The position numbers were made by a program, and so were the translations under genes. A stretch of DNA of 64,000 nt from Felis catus. Lineage: Eukaryota. The stretch is taken from the NCBI RefSeq assembly GCF_018350175.1, contig NC_058368.1:18478001-18542000 (forward strand), written 5' to 3'. The notes beneath the pieces are model-generated. The model ran no database searches. It was given only the letters and a program-made list of their open reading frames with translations, and had not been told where the DNA came from. Positions 1 to 11,346 of this stretch are shown one piece after another; within the stretch, counting starts at the first letter, position 1, and every line of letters begins with the position of its first letter.

Positions 1-429
1 CACTTCTGGAAATTTCAGGGTAAACTGGGCCGGCTAACACAGCATAAGTGAAATGTATGTGTTTGTGTGCAGAGGGGTAGGGGGATTAGAGAGAAAAGCA
101 AAAAAAGGAATAAGTAAAATAGCAGATGTTCGTTTACACAAACACATGAAGATATATAAGTAAGCGAAATTGATTGCTTAAGACAGTAGTTTCTCAAGAT
201 CAGCGCCCCTATTAATGGCAGAAGGGGACAAACTGCCACTCCTCCATAGTGAGTTACAGATAGGAAGACAAGGAAGGACAGTGTCCAAATGTATCTTATG
301 TATCATAGAAATACATGCATGACAAACATTTGTCAGTTTAATGAGGACAAATGTCCTTTCCTGGTAAAGATGGTCATCATGGCCTTTATTTTTTGAAATG
401 ATGGTAAAAGTAGATGAGAATTATCTTTT

Positions 430-644
430 TTTTTAACTTTTTTTTTTAATATATTTTTGAGACAGAGAGAGACAGAGCATGAACGGGGGAGGGGCAGAGA
501 GAGAGGGAGACACAGAATCCGAAGCAGGCTCCAGGCTCTGGGCCGTCAGCCCAGAGCCTGATGTGGGGCTCGAACTCACAGACCGCGAGATCGTGACCTG
601 AGCTGAAGTCGGACGCTCAACCGACTGAGCCACCTAGGCGCCCC
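430..644 (-). mobile_element. Feline CAN-SINE (SINEC_Fc)
   Basis: Reverse complement reads GGGGCGCCTAGGTGGCTCAGTCGGTTGAGCGTCCGACTTCAGCTCAGGTC..., then a (CT) tract and A-tail. TSD GAGAATTATCTTTT at 416-429 and 648-661. Confidence 0.97.
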
Positions 645-904
645 AACGAGAATTATCTTTTAACCAACTTACTTGGCCAAAATTAAAAAGGTGATAACCT
701 TGCAACCAATCCTGTATTTTTTTCCCCCTAACTTCACTTGTCTGTGAAATGAAATGTCCAGGAACCACTAACCTAAGACATGGAAGTACTATATAACTTC
801 TTTTCAAATTTCAAGACTCTTAGACAGATGCAGAGTTCTTGTAAGTACTTTTTCCTTTTGACAGTTACCACCATATAGGTTACAGGGAAGGCTGACATTT
901 AGAA

Positions 905-1295
905 GGGCACACTGTGTGCCAGCAATCACACCAGACTCCTTCTTGTAATTCAGGTCATTAAGCTCACATGACATAATTGTATGGTGGATATTATTTAATT
1001 CTAACAGGAATTTTATAACTGGAACAAAACCACATGGTGGTGAAGTCAGGATTCCCGTCTGACTTGCAAGCCCATGCTGTCTCCTATTCCATGGCCTTGG
1101 TTATGACTGAGAGGCACACGTCACTGGGCCTGAAAGAGTATCATCTCCTCGGGTATCATCTCCCCCGGCCTCTAATTTCACAAAAGAGGAGACCAAGCAA
1201 CAGTGAGGTTAGGTGACTTCTGGCCCAAGGCTTGCTCCGCGAACCCGGCAATGGATCTAAGCTGCAACTCAGCGGGTCAACTCCCAGCCCTGAGC
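905..1295 (-). mobile_element. Two degraded MIR SINE fragments (about 905-1085 and 1165-1295)
   Basis: MIR core-like text such as GAGGTTAGGTGACTTCTGGCCCAAGG and GTCTGACTTGCAAGCCCATGCT. Confidence 0.55.
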
Positions 1296-4200
1296 TCTCT
1301 CTCTCCGTGGTCCCCATTGCTTTCACAAGCACCACTGGGTGCCCCCTGATGACCCACCTCACCACAGTGGGGAAGAGACAGCTACCCTCCGTGCCACCCA
1401 GACCCAGGCTAAGAGCAGTGGACACCTTCCAGAGCCCACGGGCTCTGGATGTGACTCCAAGCCCGCCCAGGAGGCTCACCCCGCACAGCTGTTGCAAGGG
1501 GAAGATGCTGGAAGCCAAGTGGTTCCCTGTCAGTGGCCTCCACCCAGCTCAGGCCATGCCCCAAGGAATGGGGGCCACAGGGACAAAGGGGCATTGTATG
1601 TGGTAGAGAGAGGGGGCCTGGGGAGGAATGCACTGGGCAATTTCTTCCTCTCGTTGAGCCGGCCTCACCCAGCTGTCTTGTGGTGACAAGAAGGAACCTC
1701 CGGATAGGGGCTGCACGCCCACTGTATATGACAGGAGACCCAAGCTGATTGATTGAGTTATTAGATTTCCCCAAAGGATGAAGAGCTTCATTTAGCCCGC
1801 ATTGTGTCACTCGATACAATGCCCCTGAGTATACAGACACTGCCTTATCACATTCCCTTTGATTCCCTCCAAATGGAGACATTTAAAAAGAGTCCGATAA
1901 CATTTTTCTGAAAGAAGCTCCCACCTCCTCTTTTTTTTTTTTTCCCCCAAGAAGAGGCCTAGAATCATTTGTCTCCAAAAGGGGGCCCTCCTAAAGAAGC
2001 TGCCAGAGGAGCAAAAACCATTTTAATAGCATCTTCTCTTTGCTGAATTGTGTCTTCATTTTACACTGCGGCTTTATTCTCTGCCCCTTTGACACAGCCA
2101 GCTGCCTTTCACATTCCAGCTCAGAAACAGGCTAGCTTCAGGCTGTAACAGGCACCAGCTTCCAAAGCCCTTTCTCTGGATGACTCACGTTAGCCTGTGT
2201 GAGCCTGCGAGCCCACAGCGGCAATTCCTAGACCTTTGTTTCCTCTGCGAGAGGTACATTTGTGTATGCGCAACCCCAAGTGCGAAAACAATGTCTACCC
2301 AAGTACCCTGCTTTACAATGGAGTGAAATGATTAATTACACAGTGGAATGTCTGCTTCATATCTCATTCAGGTTCATCCTGTTATCAACTCAGCAGACAG
2401 AGGAAGTGACATCATGCGCCCCAGCTCCCCTTTGAAGCTGGAGGTGCCTACTGAGACTTGGTATGCCGTGCTGTGCCCTAGGCAGGAAGCATCATGCTTG
2501 GCCTTTCTGTTAAACTGTTTTAGAAAAAAAAAAGAGAAATAGGTTGGGCCATCAGTTTCTTAACTGGGATTTTGCATCCCATTGCTCAAATGGTGAGGAA
2601 AAAAAAAAAAAAAAGGGCCTTTTGTGAGCTCTGCTCTCAGCCAGGAAGGTTACAAAAGAGAGGAGATATGTTCTCCCAAGTGTCTTGAAATTTAAATCCT
2701 TCTGTACAAAGCACAAATATGCAGGGGGGGGAAATGCTCAACTGAGCAGGCTTTCATGGAACCAGTGAAGCAAATCTGTCCAACACTAGTTACCCGTGTC
2801 TCTCTTTGCCCGAGGATTCCAAACCCCCCGGTCCGTTTGCTGCCTGCTTCTCCACGCCTGTGCAAACGTGTTTTATAAGCTGGTTATCTCGGGTTTTTGT
2901 CCGTGAGTGACGGCTCTGGGAACTCTCAGCGTGGATCTGAACAGCATGCAAAATCATTTTACTTTTAAGACAAAAGACATTAGCTTCCTGTAGCTTTCCT
3001 AGCCATCTCTATCTCTCTTCCCTTCCCATCCTCCTTTCCCTCCTCCTCTTCCCCTCCCCACGGCACCAAATAAAATGCTTAGGAAATGAAGGGCACAGCT
3101 GCCCTTTCTTCCCATTAAAACAATCAAGAATGATGGTGAATTTAATATGTTTGATTAGAGAAACTCCAATTTGGTGCACTTGAATCAGCCGCCTTTGTCT
3201 TCGGTTCCAATGGCCCGATTTCAGTGGAATGTCCTCTGCTGTCCACGGCCAGCTCACTGGAGCTGCGAGAAAATTCAGCCTCTGAAAGCATTTGCCTGGC
3301 AAGCTCGGCGACCGGGTATTTATGCTGTGGAAGATGCCAGGGCCACTTCATACTAATCAGAGGGAGCACCTCTTCATTAAATCATGGTCACTTACTGGTG
3401 ACCCTTAGGGTTGTAAGCCCCGGGGCCTGGGGGCCTCTTTAGCAATGTTAATTTTTCATGGATGCTATTGCTTTTTTTAGTGGATATTCGCCATTAAAAT
3501 TCCAGCCTGAATCCTGTACAAACAGCCCAGGAGATTCTGGTGCTCTGCTCTCATAGAAGAAATTCAGAGACTAATCATCAAATTTACATGTGGAGTCTCT
3601 TTTATCCAAAGAACAAGTATACGCCTAATAGAAAATAAGAAAATGTGTCATAATTTCCCCACAAGGTATTATTAAGAGAGTCTGAAATACTGCCCAAGCA
3701 GCCCCAGCCTTGGAAGGTGCTTGGAAAGGAATTGATCTCATGGGGAGTTTCCGGGTTTGGAGAATGCTGCTTATTTGCACTTAAAGTTTATGGAGATTTT
3801 TATGAAGGGCTCTCATTAAATATTCTAAATAAATGTATGCTCAACAAATATGTACATCAGTGAATTAAGGGTGAGAATTTAAATTACTCTCAAAAACGTA
3901 GTACAACTCTGTGGAGTTCGGAGAGGTTTCTTGAATATGTTCCCTACCATTGCCAAAGTCAGAGGTGGCACGTGGGAAGGACCAGGTCACGGGAACTGTT
4001 GGGTTCATTTGCCACTCTTTTATGAAGAGAAAGTCCCACATCTCCTGGTATCTACCCCAAATCGACCGCCTAGCTGAGAGCCCAATGACTTCTCCACCCG
4101 GACTCCATGGTAGGCAACCAAAGCTGGGGACCAGAGCCAAGCTAGAAATAGCATCCAGGTCTCTGGGTTCCAGCAACCGTGCCCAGCCTGTGAGTCAGCC

Positions 4201-5384
4201 TGTCAACAACATTGACAAGGTACGCACAGGGCCCTGCGAGGCTCAGGGAGAGCGGCTCAGGAAGGAGGACACCCCGTCCTTGCACCGTGCCAAGTCCCCG
4301 GGGCTGGGTAGGTGGGGTGTTAGAGGTGAACGTGTCGCTCCGAGACCGACATGTGCACCGTCGGCTTTGCGGGGCCTGCAAGCCTGAGAACTGAGGAGGC
4401 CTGGGCTCCACATTCCAAGGCCTTCTGGTCTCGGGCACGAAGAACGAGCGTGGCCTTCCGGCAGGACCAGTTTCTCAAGAGCGGCACCGGCTGCCAGGCT
4501 CGGAGCCACGTCAGGGAAGGCCCCTAGGAGAAAGTTCTGGGCTGGTTGGTGCGGGTGAGCCCCACGCTCCTCCACAGGAGCCCAGCACTTTCTCAAACGG
4601 AACTGGGCAGCTGAGACCCACGCAGAAGCCGCCAAGACGAATGAGTTAACTTTAGTTGCAAAAACACAACCGAGGGCTGCGTTTTGCCTCCCTTTTAAGT
4701 GTAAAAGTCAAGTTTTAAGATGCCTATTGTATAAGAATTAATATGAAAGGAATTTTATATCCTACTCTGGCATTGTGTTATAATCATGGAATGCTCTCCC
4801 CGCCCAATCTGGCTCGCTGGCCCCTGGACCGTGCCAACAATTATTCAGTTCCTCAGCGTGTGAGTGTCGCTGTGGGGACAGCCTCCAGAGACTGAACGAA
4901 AGAGGCCATGAGCGCTCCAAGCTGGAAAGAAGGGCATGAGCCCCCAGCACAGGGCTGTGCCTCTATGCTCACACCCTGACACACCTCCTAGCCGGCTAGT
5001 CCTCCCCTTCTTTCTGAACACTCCAGGGGACCTGCATGGGAAGTTTAATACATCAACAACTGCAGCTGTATGAACACATTGTCTTTGATGCAACACACAA
5101 TGGGTTCCAGAAAAGGAAAACAAAATACTCTTTAAACAGCGTGCTGCATTCTGTTTGGAAATTGAGAGTCCAGGGCAAAGGGTTTTCCTTGGAGAACCAG
5201 AATGGGGGTGGGGGGGTGGGGCTTGTTTCTGCATTTTTACTTGGCTTGGGATCCAGAGCTCATTCCCCTGAGCGTAAAGATTTGACCGGGACTCCACAGA
5301 ATTTACCATTTCAGAAAGGAAGTTCTGAACCAGCACGGGAAAATCAAATGCGTTTGTAAGTCATCAAGTGTCTGAAAGATTCTT

Positions 5385-5550
5385 CAGGAGGAAATGGCAA
5401 CAGGTTCTTTTCCATCATCCCTCAACAGGGAGTAGGAAGAAACGAACTTCAGATGTCGGATGAGGGATTCGGGTTAGACATGAGGAGACTTTTCCAGACT
5501 GAGGAATGCTCGGCACTGGAATAGGTCACTGAAAGAGGATGTTGAAACAT
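5385..5550 (+). mobile_element. L3/CR1 LINE 3' fragment
   Basis: GGGATTCGGGTTAGACATGAGGAGACTTTTCCAGACTGAGG...CACTGGAATAGGTCACTGAAAGAGGATGTTGAA resembles the CR1/L3 ORF2 3' end. Confidence 0.65.
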
Positions 5551-7559
5551 GGCTGAAGAGTGAATGTGTCTGGCTTTTTATGTGTGGGGAGGAGTAGAAC
5601 CCTGAAATGCCAGGGAGCCCCTGGCTGCTTCGGCGGTGATAACAGCGTTTTGTATTGTTTTGAAATTCCTGGTTGTTAGGCTCCTGTTGTTACATCTTTT
5701 CCTCAGATCGACTCCCTCAGAATGGCCCTATTTGGAGGGAGAGCACTGTGTTTTCATTTCCTTTTGACCAATTCGAGTCTCACCGGGCTCTTTCTAATCT
5801 GCACTTAGGAAATGCCTCCCGGGGTCACCTCTTCCTTTCCTGCCCGAGGCGCAGAACCATAAATTCCGAGTGTTGAACAATGGCCATTGAAGGTGTGTCT
5901 GGTTGAGTTAGCTTTGTTTTCCTTTTCCTTTTTCTTAGTAGAATTCATTCAACTACATGCATGTTTTCAACAACCGGGCCAGTCCTCCTCCACACGAGGA
6001 TGATGTCAGCAAACCCAGGAAGCTTTCAGAGCCAAGAAAGCCTCAGACCCAGGAGGAAGCAGTTATGGATCTCTGTGGCTAAAGTGTTCTGTGTCCACAG
6101 GATGTGAGCGGGGAAAGGGTTCCTGCCTAAGAATGCACAGAGCGGGTGAAATCAGGAGTGACTGCCGCTGGCCACAGCCGGCCGGGATATCAACTTCTTG
6201 AAAGCAAAATCGGTTACAAAAAACAAACCAAAACATGGCTACCCATTTTCTGAGGTACTTGAGGGGCACAAGTTAAACAGAACCAGTCGTCATTGCCCCA
6301 CCTGGCATGAAACCAAATAAAAAGAAAGCAAAACCGTACTTCCTTGGATTGCACCCCTGGCCTGAACCACCCACCCAAATCTGTTCTGTCAGGTGCTTGT
6401 GCCCAAGCTCCAGCACCCTCCTTTTTCAATATTCACCCACAGACTCCCAAACCCAGCCCTAGAGCAATCAAACCCTCAAAGCCATCCTAGACATCTCCCA
6501 ATGTCCTCCCTCTACGATGTCCCTCCTTCCTTCTCCATCACCAAAGATCACTACCGAAGTATCTACAACTGCTCGGATGCAGACAAACCAACCTGAAAGT
6601 GCATACCCACGCTCCTTCCCTTATCGGTGATGTTCTACCATAATCCCATTAAATTTACAAATAGAAAAGTTGTTTCAATAAATGTAAACATTTAAGCTTT
6701 CATACATACATCCGCATAGCTTTTTGTATCATTGACACAGTGTTATATACAAGAAAGGAAGGAATTATTTACCTTAGTATGTTGATCCAAATTAGTGACT
6801 GGTAGTGTTGAATTAGGAACCACACAAATGGAATAGTTGAACACAGAAACAGTGTCATACTCAACTAAGTATCTTTACTGCCTGGTAGAGTTCCTGTTTC
6901 ACGGTAGTTGATAAACGCTAGCAGCTGAATGCATGCACATATAATTTCCAAGCCTCAAGCGGTAGAAAACCATCAGAGAATTCCAAGAAGGTGAGCAGAA
7001 AGAAGGTATGGTATGTTAGGGTTACTGGTAAGAAGACAGCTTTGTAGGTGGATAGATAAGTAGGATTTGGTCCCAAAGACCTGGAGCAAACCCAGGCAAA
7101 AAAATTCACTGTGAATTTACCTGTACTGTTCAGTGCCTGTATTGCCAGATGTACATGATAAGAAAAACTCACCCAGACACTGCCTGGGATAAGGAGACCC
7201 AGGGTGGCTGAAACAGGAGGATACACAGCAACACAGAGTAGCTTGATGGGTGAGCAGCTCACAGAAGGTGATCTTCTCTCACACCCTTTTTCTCATAATT
7301 GTACCCCCTTTGGGATAAAGGGAATTCTTCTGGGGCTAAGGCTATAGGCAGAGTTCAGTGCCATTCTGAGGGGGGAGGAAAGCACGTGTGTGCCCCATAC
7401 AACCATACAGGTGCCTGCGGGTGCCTGTTTGACCCGCTAGAGCACCTACGGAGAGAACTGGCCTAATGTTCATTATCAGAAGTATTACTGTTACAGTTAG
7501 TGTCGTCCCAGTGCCCAGCACTCTGTGGTGTATCTAGTAATTGAAATGAATCATAACCG

Positions 7560-8110
7560 TAGAGAAATGCTTAGTACGAATAGTTCCAAAAGAGAGAGGG
7601 GAAAGAAAAATATCGATGGATACAGAAAAAAACAAAAGAAGAGCTCCATTAGATTTATAGACTTTTACCAGTGTTAATAAGAAATTGATGGTGTGGTGTT
7701 GGATGCTTCGTTTAGGGCATACTTAATATATATTGAAGACATGTACACCTTGCTTCCAGCAACTTTCTTCCAAAGCCAAATGAGTATAACTGGAACAACT
7801 GAAATATATACCGAAATTTAAAAGTACATTGAAATGTATAAATTATTTAAAAAGATGGTTAAGAATGCCCACAGCCATTCCTACAGCGCCCCAAACCCTT
7901 TCTGACTGAAACGCAACGGCAGTGTCTTTGGCCATTGACACTTCTATGTTCCCGGGGGGTGGGCAAGACTCGAAAAGCAGCCAGACTACACACTGGCTTC
8001 AAACAACACGCAGAGATAGCATTTATACGGGACAGAACGTGAGGGAACGAGACAGGATGAGCAAAGGGTACAGATAGGATTGTGTCTCCGTAGAATGTCT
8101 GAGGTTTACC
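7560..8110 (+). mobile_element. Highly diverged L1M(E)-type fragment
   Basis: TTGAAGACATGTACACCTTGCTTCCAGCAAC and AAGAATGCCCACAGCC resemble the L1M ORF2-end/3'UTR. Similarity is weak. Confidence 0.45.
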
Positions 8111-8444
8111 ACCATCGCATCGCCTGGATCCCCAGCAAGCTGATAACGACGAGCCCTTAATGCGTTCGCCGCCTCTGACTTGTGTCGGCCCAGCATGCAA
8201 TCGTCTAAATGATACCACAACAATGCTAGAGCACACATTAAGCACTTATTGTAATAGCTGGACTGCTGAGCAGGAGCCGTGGAAGGAGACAGAGCAGGAA
8301 ACACTAAAGGTGTCTTTGACCGCATGTGCACATTCCTATTAAGTCACAGTGTGGGCTGCACTGGGCTACGGAGTGACCACAGCGGGGGAACCAATGTACC
8401 TAACGCTGCTGGTGGAATCTCTCTATTTTCAGGTTAAAAACGTA

Positions 8445-8642
8445 TTAGACCAAGAGTGAGCCCTAGAGTAAATGATAGTCTTTGGCTGATAGATACCAAC
8501 ATAGGGTCAATGATTGTAACCAATGAACTACTATGAGCTACTATGCAGATAGTAGGAGAGGAGATTTATCAGACATCTCTGTACCTTCTACCCAATTTGG
8601 CTGTGAACTTAAAACTACTCTAAAAAATAAAGTCTACTTATA
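8445..8642 (+). mobile_element. L1MC-type 3' end
   Basis: ACCAAGAGTGAGCCCTAGAGTAAA...ATCTCTGTACCTTCTACCCAATTTGGCTGTGAACTTAAAACTACTCTAAAAAATAAAGTCTA matches the L1MC1/2 terminus. Confidence 0.8.
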
Positions 8643-8739
8643 AATTGAGAAAGTTCAAAAGGAAGGAGAGGTTGTTACAATCCCTGCAGTAAATACAGTG
8701 ATCTTACTTATCAATCAGCTTCGTTCAGCAAACAGCCTG

Positions 8740-9491
8740 AAATCACATATTGTCAAACGCAGACAGTTTTCTAGGTCAGAAATCTGACAGGTCTCAGCAG
8801 ACAAAAGTCACGGTGTCAGTGGGCTTCATTCCCTTTGGGGGCTCTAGAAGAGAATTCATTTCCTACTCATTCAGGCTGCTGGCAGAATCTCTAGCCGTTG
8901 TAGGCCTGAGGTCCCCGTTTTCTTCATGGCTGTAAACTGAGAAAGGCTTCCAGCTTCTAGAAGGTCACCATATTCCTTCACTCATGGTCCCTTTCCTCCA
9001 TCCTCAAAACCAGCAACAGTGGGTTGAGTGGTCATGCCTGCCATGTCTCTCCAAACCACTATCTTGCCTCCTCTTTACTTTATTTTTACTTTTTTTAATT
9101 TTTTTAATGTTTTTATTTATTTTTGAGACAGAGAGAGACAGAGCATGAGCAGGGGACGGGCAGAGAGAGAGGGAGACACAGAATCCGAAGTAGGCTCCAG
9201 GCTCCGAGCTGTCAGCACAGAGCCTGACGCGGGGCTCAAACCCACAGACTGTGAGATCATGACCTGAGCTGAAGTCGGACGTTTAACTGACTGAGCCACC
9301 CAGGTGCCCCGCCTCCTCTTTACTTGAAAAACTCATGTGACCAGATTGGGCCCATCTGGATAATCTCCCCAACTCAAGGCCCATACTTTAGTCACAACTG
9401 CAAAGTCTCTTTGCCAAGTAAGATAGCATTTTCACAGGTGCCAAGGACTGAAGCAGGCAATTCTTTGGGAGACCAGTATTCTGCCTACCAC
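8740..9491 (-). mobile_element. MLT1(D/E)-type MaLR solo LTR, split by a SINE
   Basis: GGTCAGAAATCTGAC, CTGAGGTCCCCGTTTTC and ACTGCAAAGTCTCTTTGCCA are MLT1-like. It ends ATTCTGCCTACCAC, the reverse of the MLT1 5' end TGTGGTAGGCAGAAT. Confidence 0.85.
9081..9310 (-). mobile_element. Feline CAN-SINE (SINEC_Fc) inserted in MLT1
   Basis: Full SINE body. Perfect 15-bp TSD GCCTCCTCTTTACTT at 9066-9080 and 9311-9325. Confidence 0.97.
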
Positions 9492-10262
9492 GCTCTCCTG
9501 GCCTTATTAATATGTGGCCCTGTGTCCATAATGCTTCTAGAACTACCTTCACTGAAGTCATCTTGAACACAAATGCTCGGTCAACTCCACCATGCGACCA
9601 TTCTGCAGTGTTTGACATTGACGTGACCTATTTCTTGAAGCACTTGGCTTCTACTCGCTGCAATACCACCTGCTGCTCTCCTCCTAACCCTTGGGCCATC
9701 CCTTATAACCCTTCATTCGTCTGCTTCTTTCCCTGAGTAGTGCAACTTCACCCATACATCTCAGGACTGTCTCCAGCTCTCCTTAGCCGTGGTTCTGAAT
9801 CATAACTGCCTTCTGAGCAGCTTTGCTTGAGGGACCTATAGGTTCCTTTCCATCCCAAACCTGACCACTTCCTCTCTCTGCATTATATACCCCGTTATGG
9901 AAGCACCAAACCCTACTCTTCCGTGACTGCTCCTGTCCTTATTCTCTCCTCCTTCTGCCTCTCCCTCACACCCTCAACCCAGTCAGTCATCATGCCCCGT
10001 CTGTCCTAACTCCTGTGTACCTCTTGAATCCACCCTATCCTCTCTCTTTCTGCTGTCACTGGGAAAGTTCAGGCCCCCAATATCAGTCCCTAGATTCTTT
10101 CCCAGCCTCCCATCCTTGTGCCCTATCCCACCCACTCCTAGCCATTCTTCACAGTGTCACTAAACATACATATGATCTTGTCATCACTCTGTTTAAAAGC
10201 ATTGGTTGCTGCCCACTGCTGAAGAGCACCCGGTCCGGACTATGGTAGACACACACGCACAG

Positions 10263-10266
<4 letters not shown>

Positions 10267-10312
<46 letters not shown>
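10267..10312. repeat. (AC)23 microsatellite
   Basis: Direct reading. Confidence 0.98.
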
Positions 10313-10315
<3 letters not shown>

Positions 10316-10374
10316 CCCACCAAGCCTCAAACCTAGTGCCAGGCTTATCACCCTGACTGCCCTTCTCCAATGCT

Positions 10375-10545
10375 ATTCGTATCCCCAGGGCAGTCTGCAG
10401 ACCAGCAGCAGCAGCATCACCTGGGAGCGTGTTAGAAACACAGAAGCTCAGGCCCCACCTCAAATCTACTGAATCGGAATCTGTGTTTTGGTGAGATCCC
10501 TATTCAAATTCTAGGCACATTACAGTTTGAGAGACATCACTCTAG
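10375..10545. mobile_element. MER5A hAT-Charlie MITE
   Basis: GACCAGCAGCAGCAGCATCACCTGGGAGCGTGTTAGAAACACAGAAGCTCAGGCCCCACCTCAAATCTACTGAATCGGAATCTG. Confidence 0.85.
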
Positions 10546-11084
10546 GGCTGTGCTCTCCAGAGCGGTAACCTTTTGAGTATGAACAGATCTTTTAGAAATT
10601 CTCTTTATTTTCGTGTGTAATCTCCTCCATCTTAATTTGGATTTTTGCACATGCTTTATGAATCACTAACCATTTCAGCTAATCATCCCTACCTCTCACG
10701 TCCCTGTGCTTTTGCTTACACTATTTCCTCTGCCTAGAATCATTGTCCCTCTCTCCACCGACTGAAACTAGCTTCTGAACTCTCCAGTGTCACCTTGTCC
10801 CAACAACCTTCCCTCAAATAGGTCATTGCTCCCACCCCACACCCTTAGAAACATTCATATTGAATTGTTTCTGTTTGCAGGTTCATCTTCCCCATCAACT
10901 ACTGAGCTGCACAAGGATGAAAACCATGCCGTCTCTGTCTCTGTGTCCCCAGGGGACAGCAGTCCTACCTCTTAGCTAAGTAAATGAATATCTAACTTGA
11001 AAAACGTCTGCTACATTTTTTAAGCCTGCTACATTTTAAACATTTTACTATTTCCCGTGCCTCTATTTAAAACAAAAGAGAGTT

Positions 11085-11255
11085 GGGAGCATGGGTGGCT
11101 CAGTCAGTTGAGCATCCAACGCTTGATTTCAGCTCAGGTGATGGGCCCAGGGTTGTGGGGTTGAGCCCTGCATCAGGCTCTGAAATGAGCATGAAGCCTG
11201 CTTGGGATTCTCTCTCTCTTTCCCTCTGCCCCATCCCCCAATGGCTCATGCACGC

Positions 11256-11302
<47 letters not shown>

Positions 11303-11346
11303 AAAATAAAATAAAAATACGAATAAAAAAATAAAACAAAAAAAAA
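11085..11346 (+). mobile_element. Older carnivore SINE (SINEC_Fc2-like)
   Basis: GGGTGGCTCAGTCAGTTGAGCATCCAACGCTTGATTTCAGCTCAGG...AGCCTGCTTGGGATTCTCTC, long (CT)n and A-rich tail. Confidence 0.92.

Larger units (their letters stand above)
9540..10995 (+). mobile_element. L2 LINE 3' region, fragmented and interrupted by (AC)n and MER5A
   Basis: Translation DHSAVFDIDVTYFLKHLAS resembles the L2 RT motif DLSAAFDTVDH. Pyrimidine-rich L2 3' sequence ends ...AAGTAAATGAAT. Confidence 0.7.

Noticed and set aside
433..633. Recurrent 'MAQSV..PTSAQV.IS..VSSSP.SGS' ORF family (also 9117, 24791, 48974, 53470, 58963, 60794)
   Set aside because: These are translations of CAN-SINE copies, not a peptide gene family.
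1138..1163. Small tandem duplications (GTATCATCTCC twice here; CTGCTACATTTT twice near 11008-11037)
   Set aside because: Ordinary local slippage duplications with no further structure.
4330..4355. Hairpin ACGTGTCG...CGACATGT as a miRNA or structured RNA
   Set aside because: The stem is only about 8 bp, far too short for a pre-miRNA and expected by chance.
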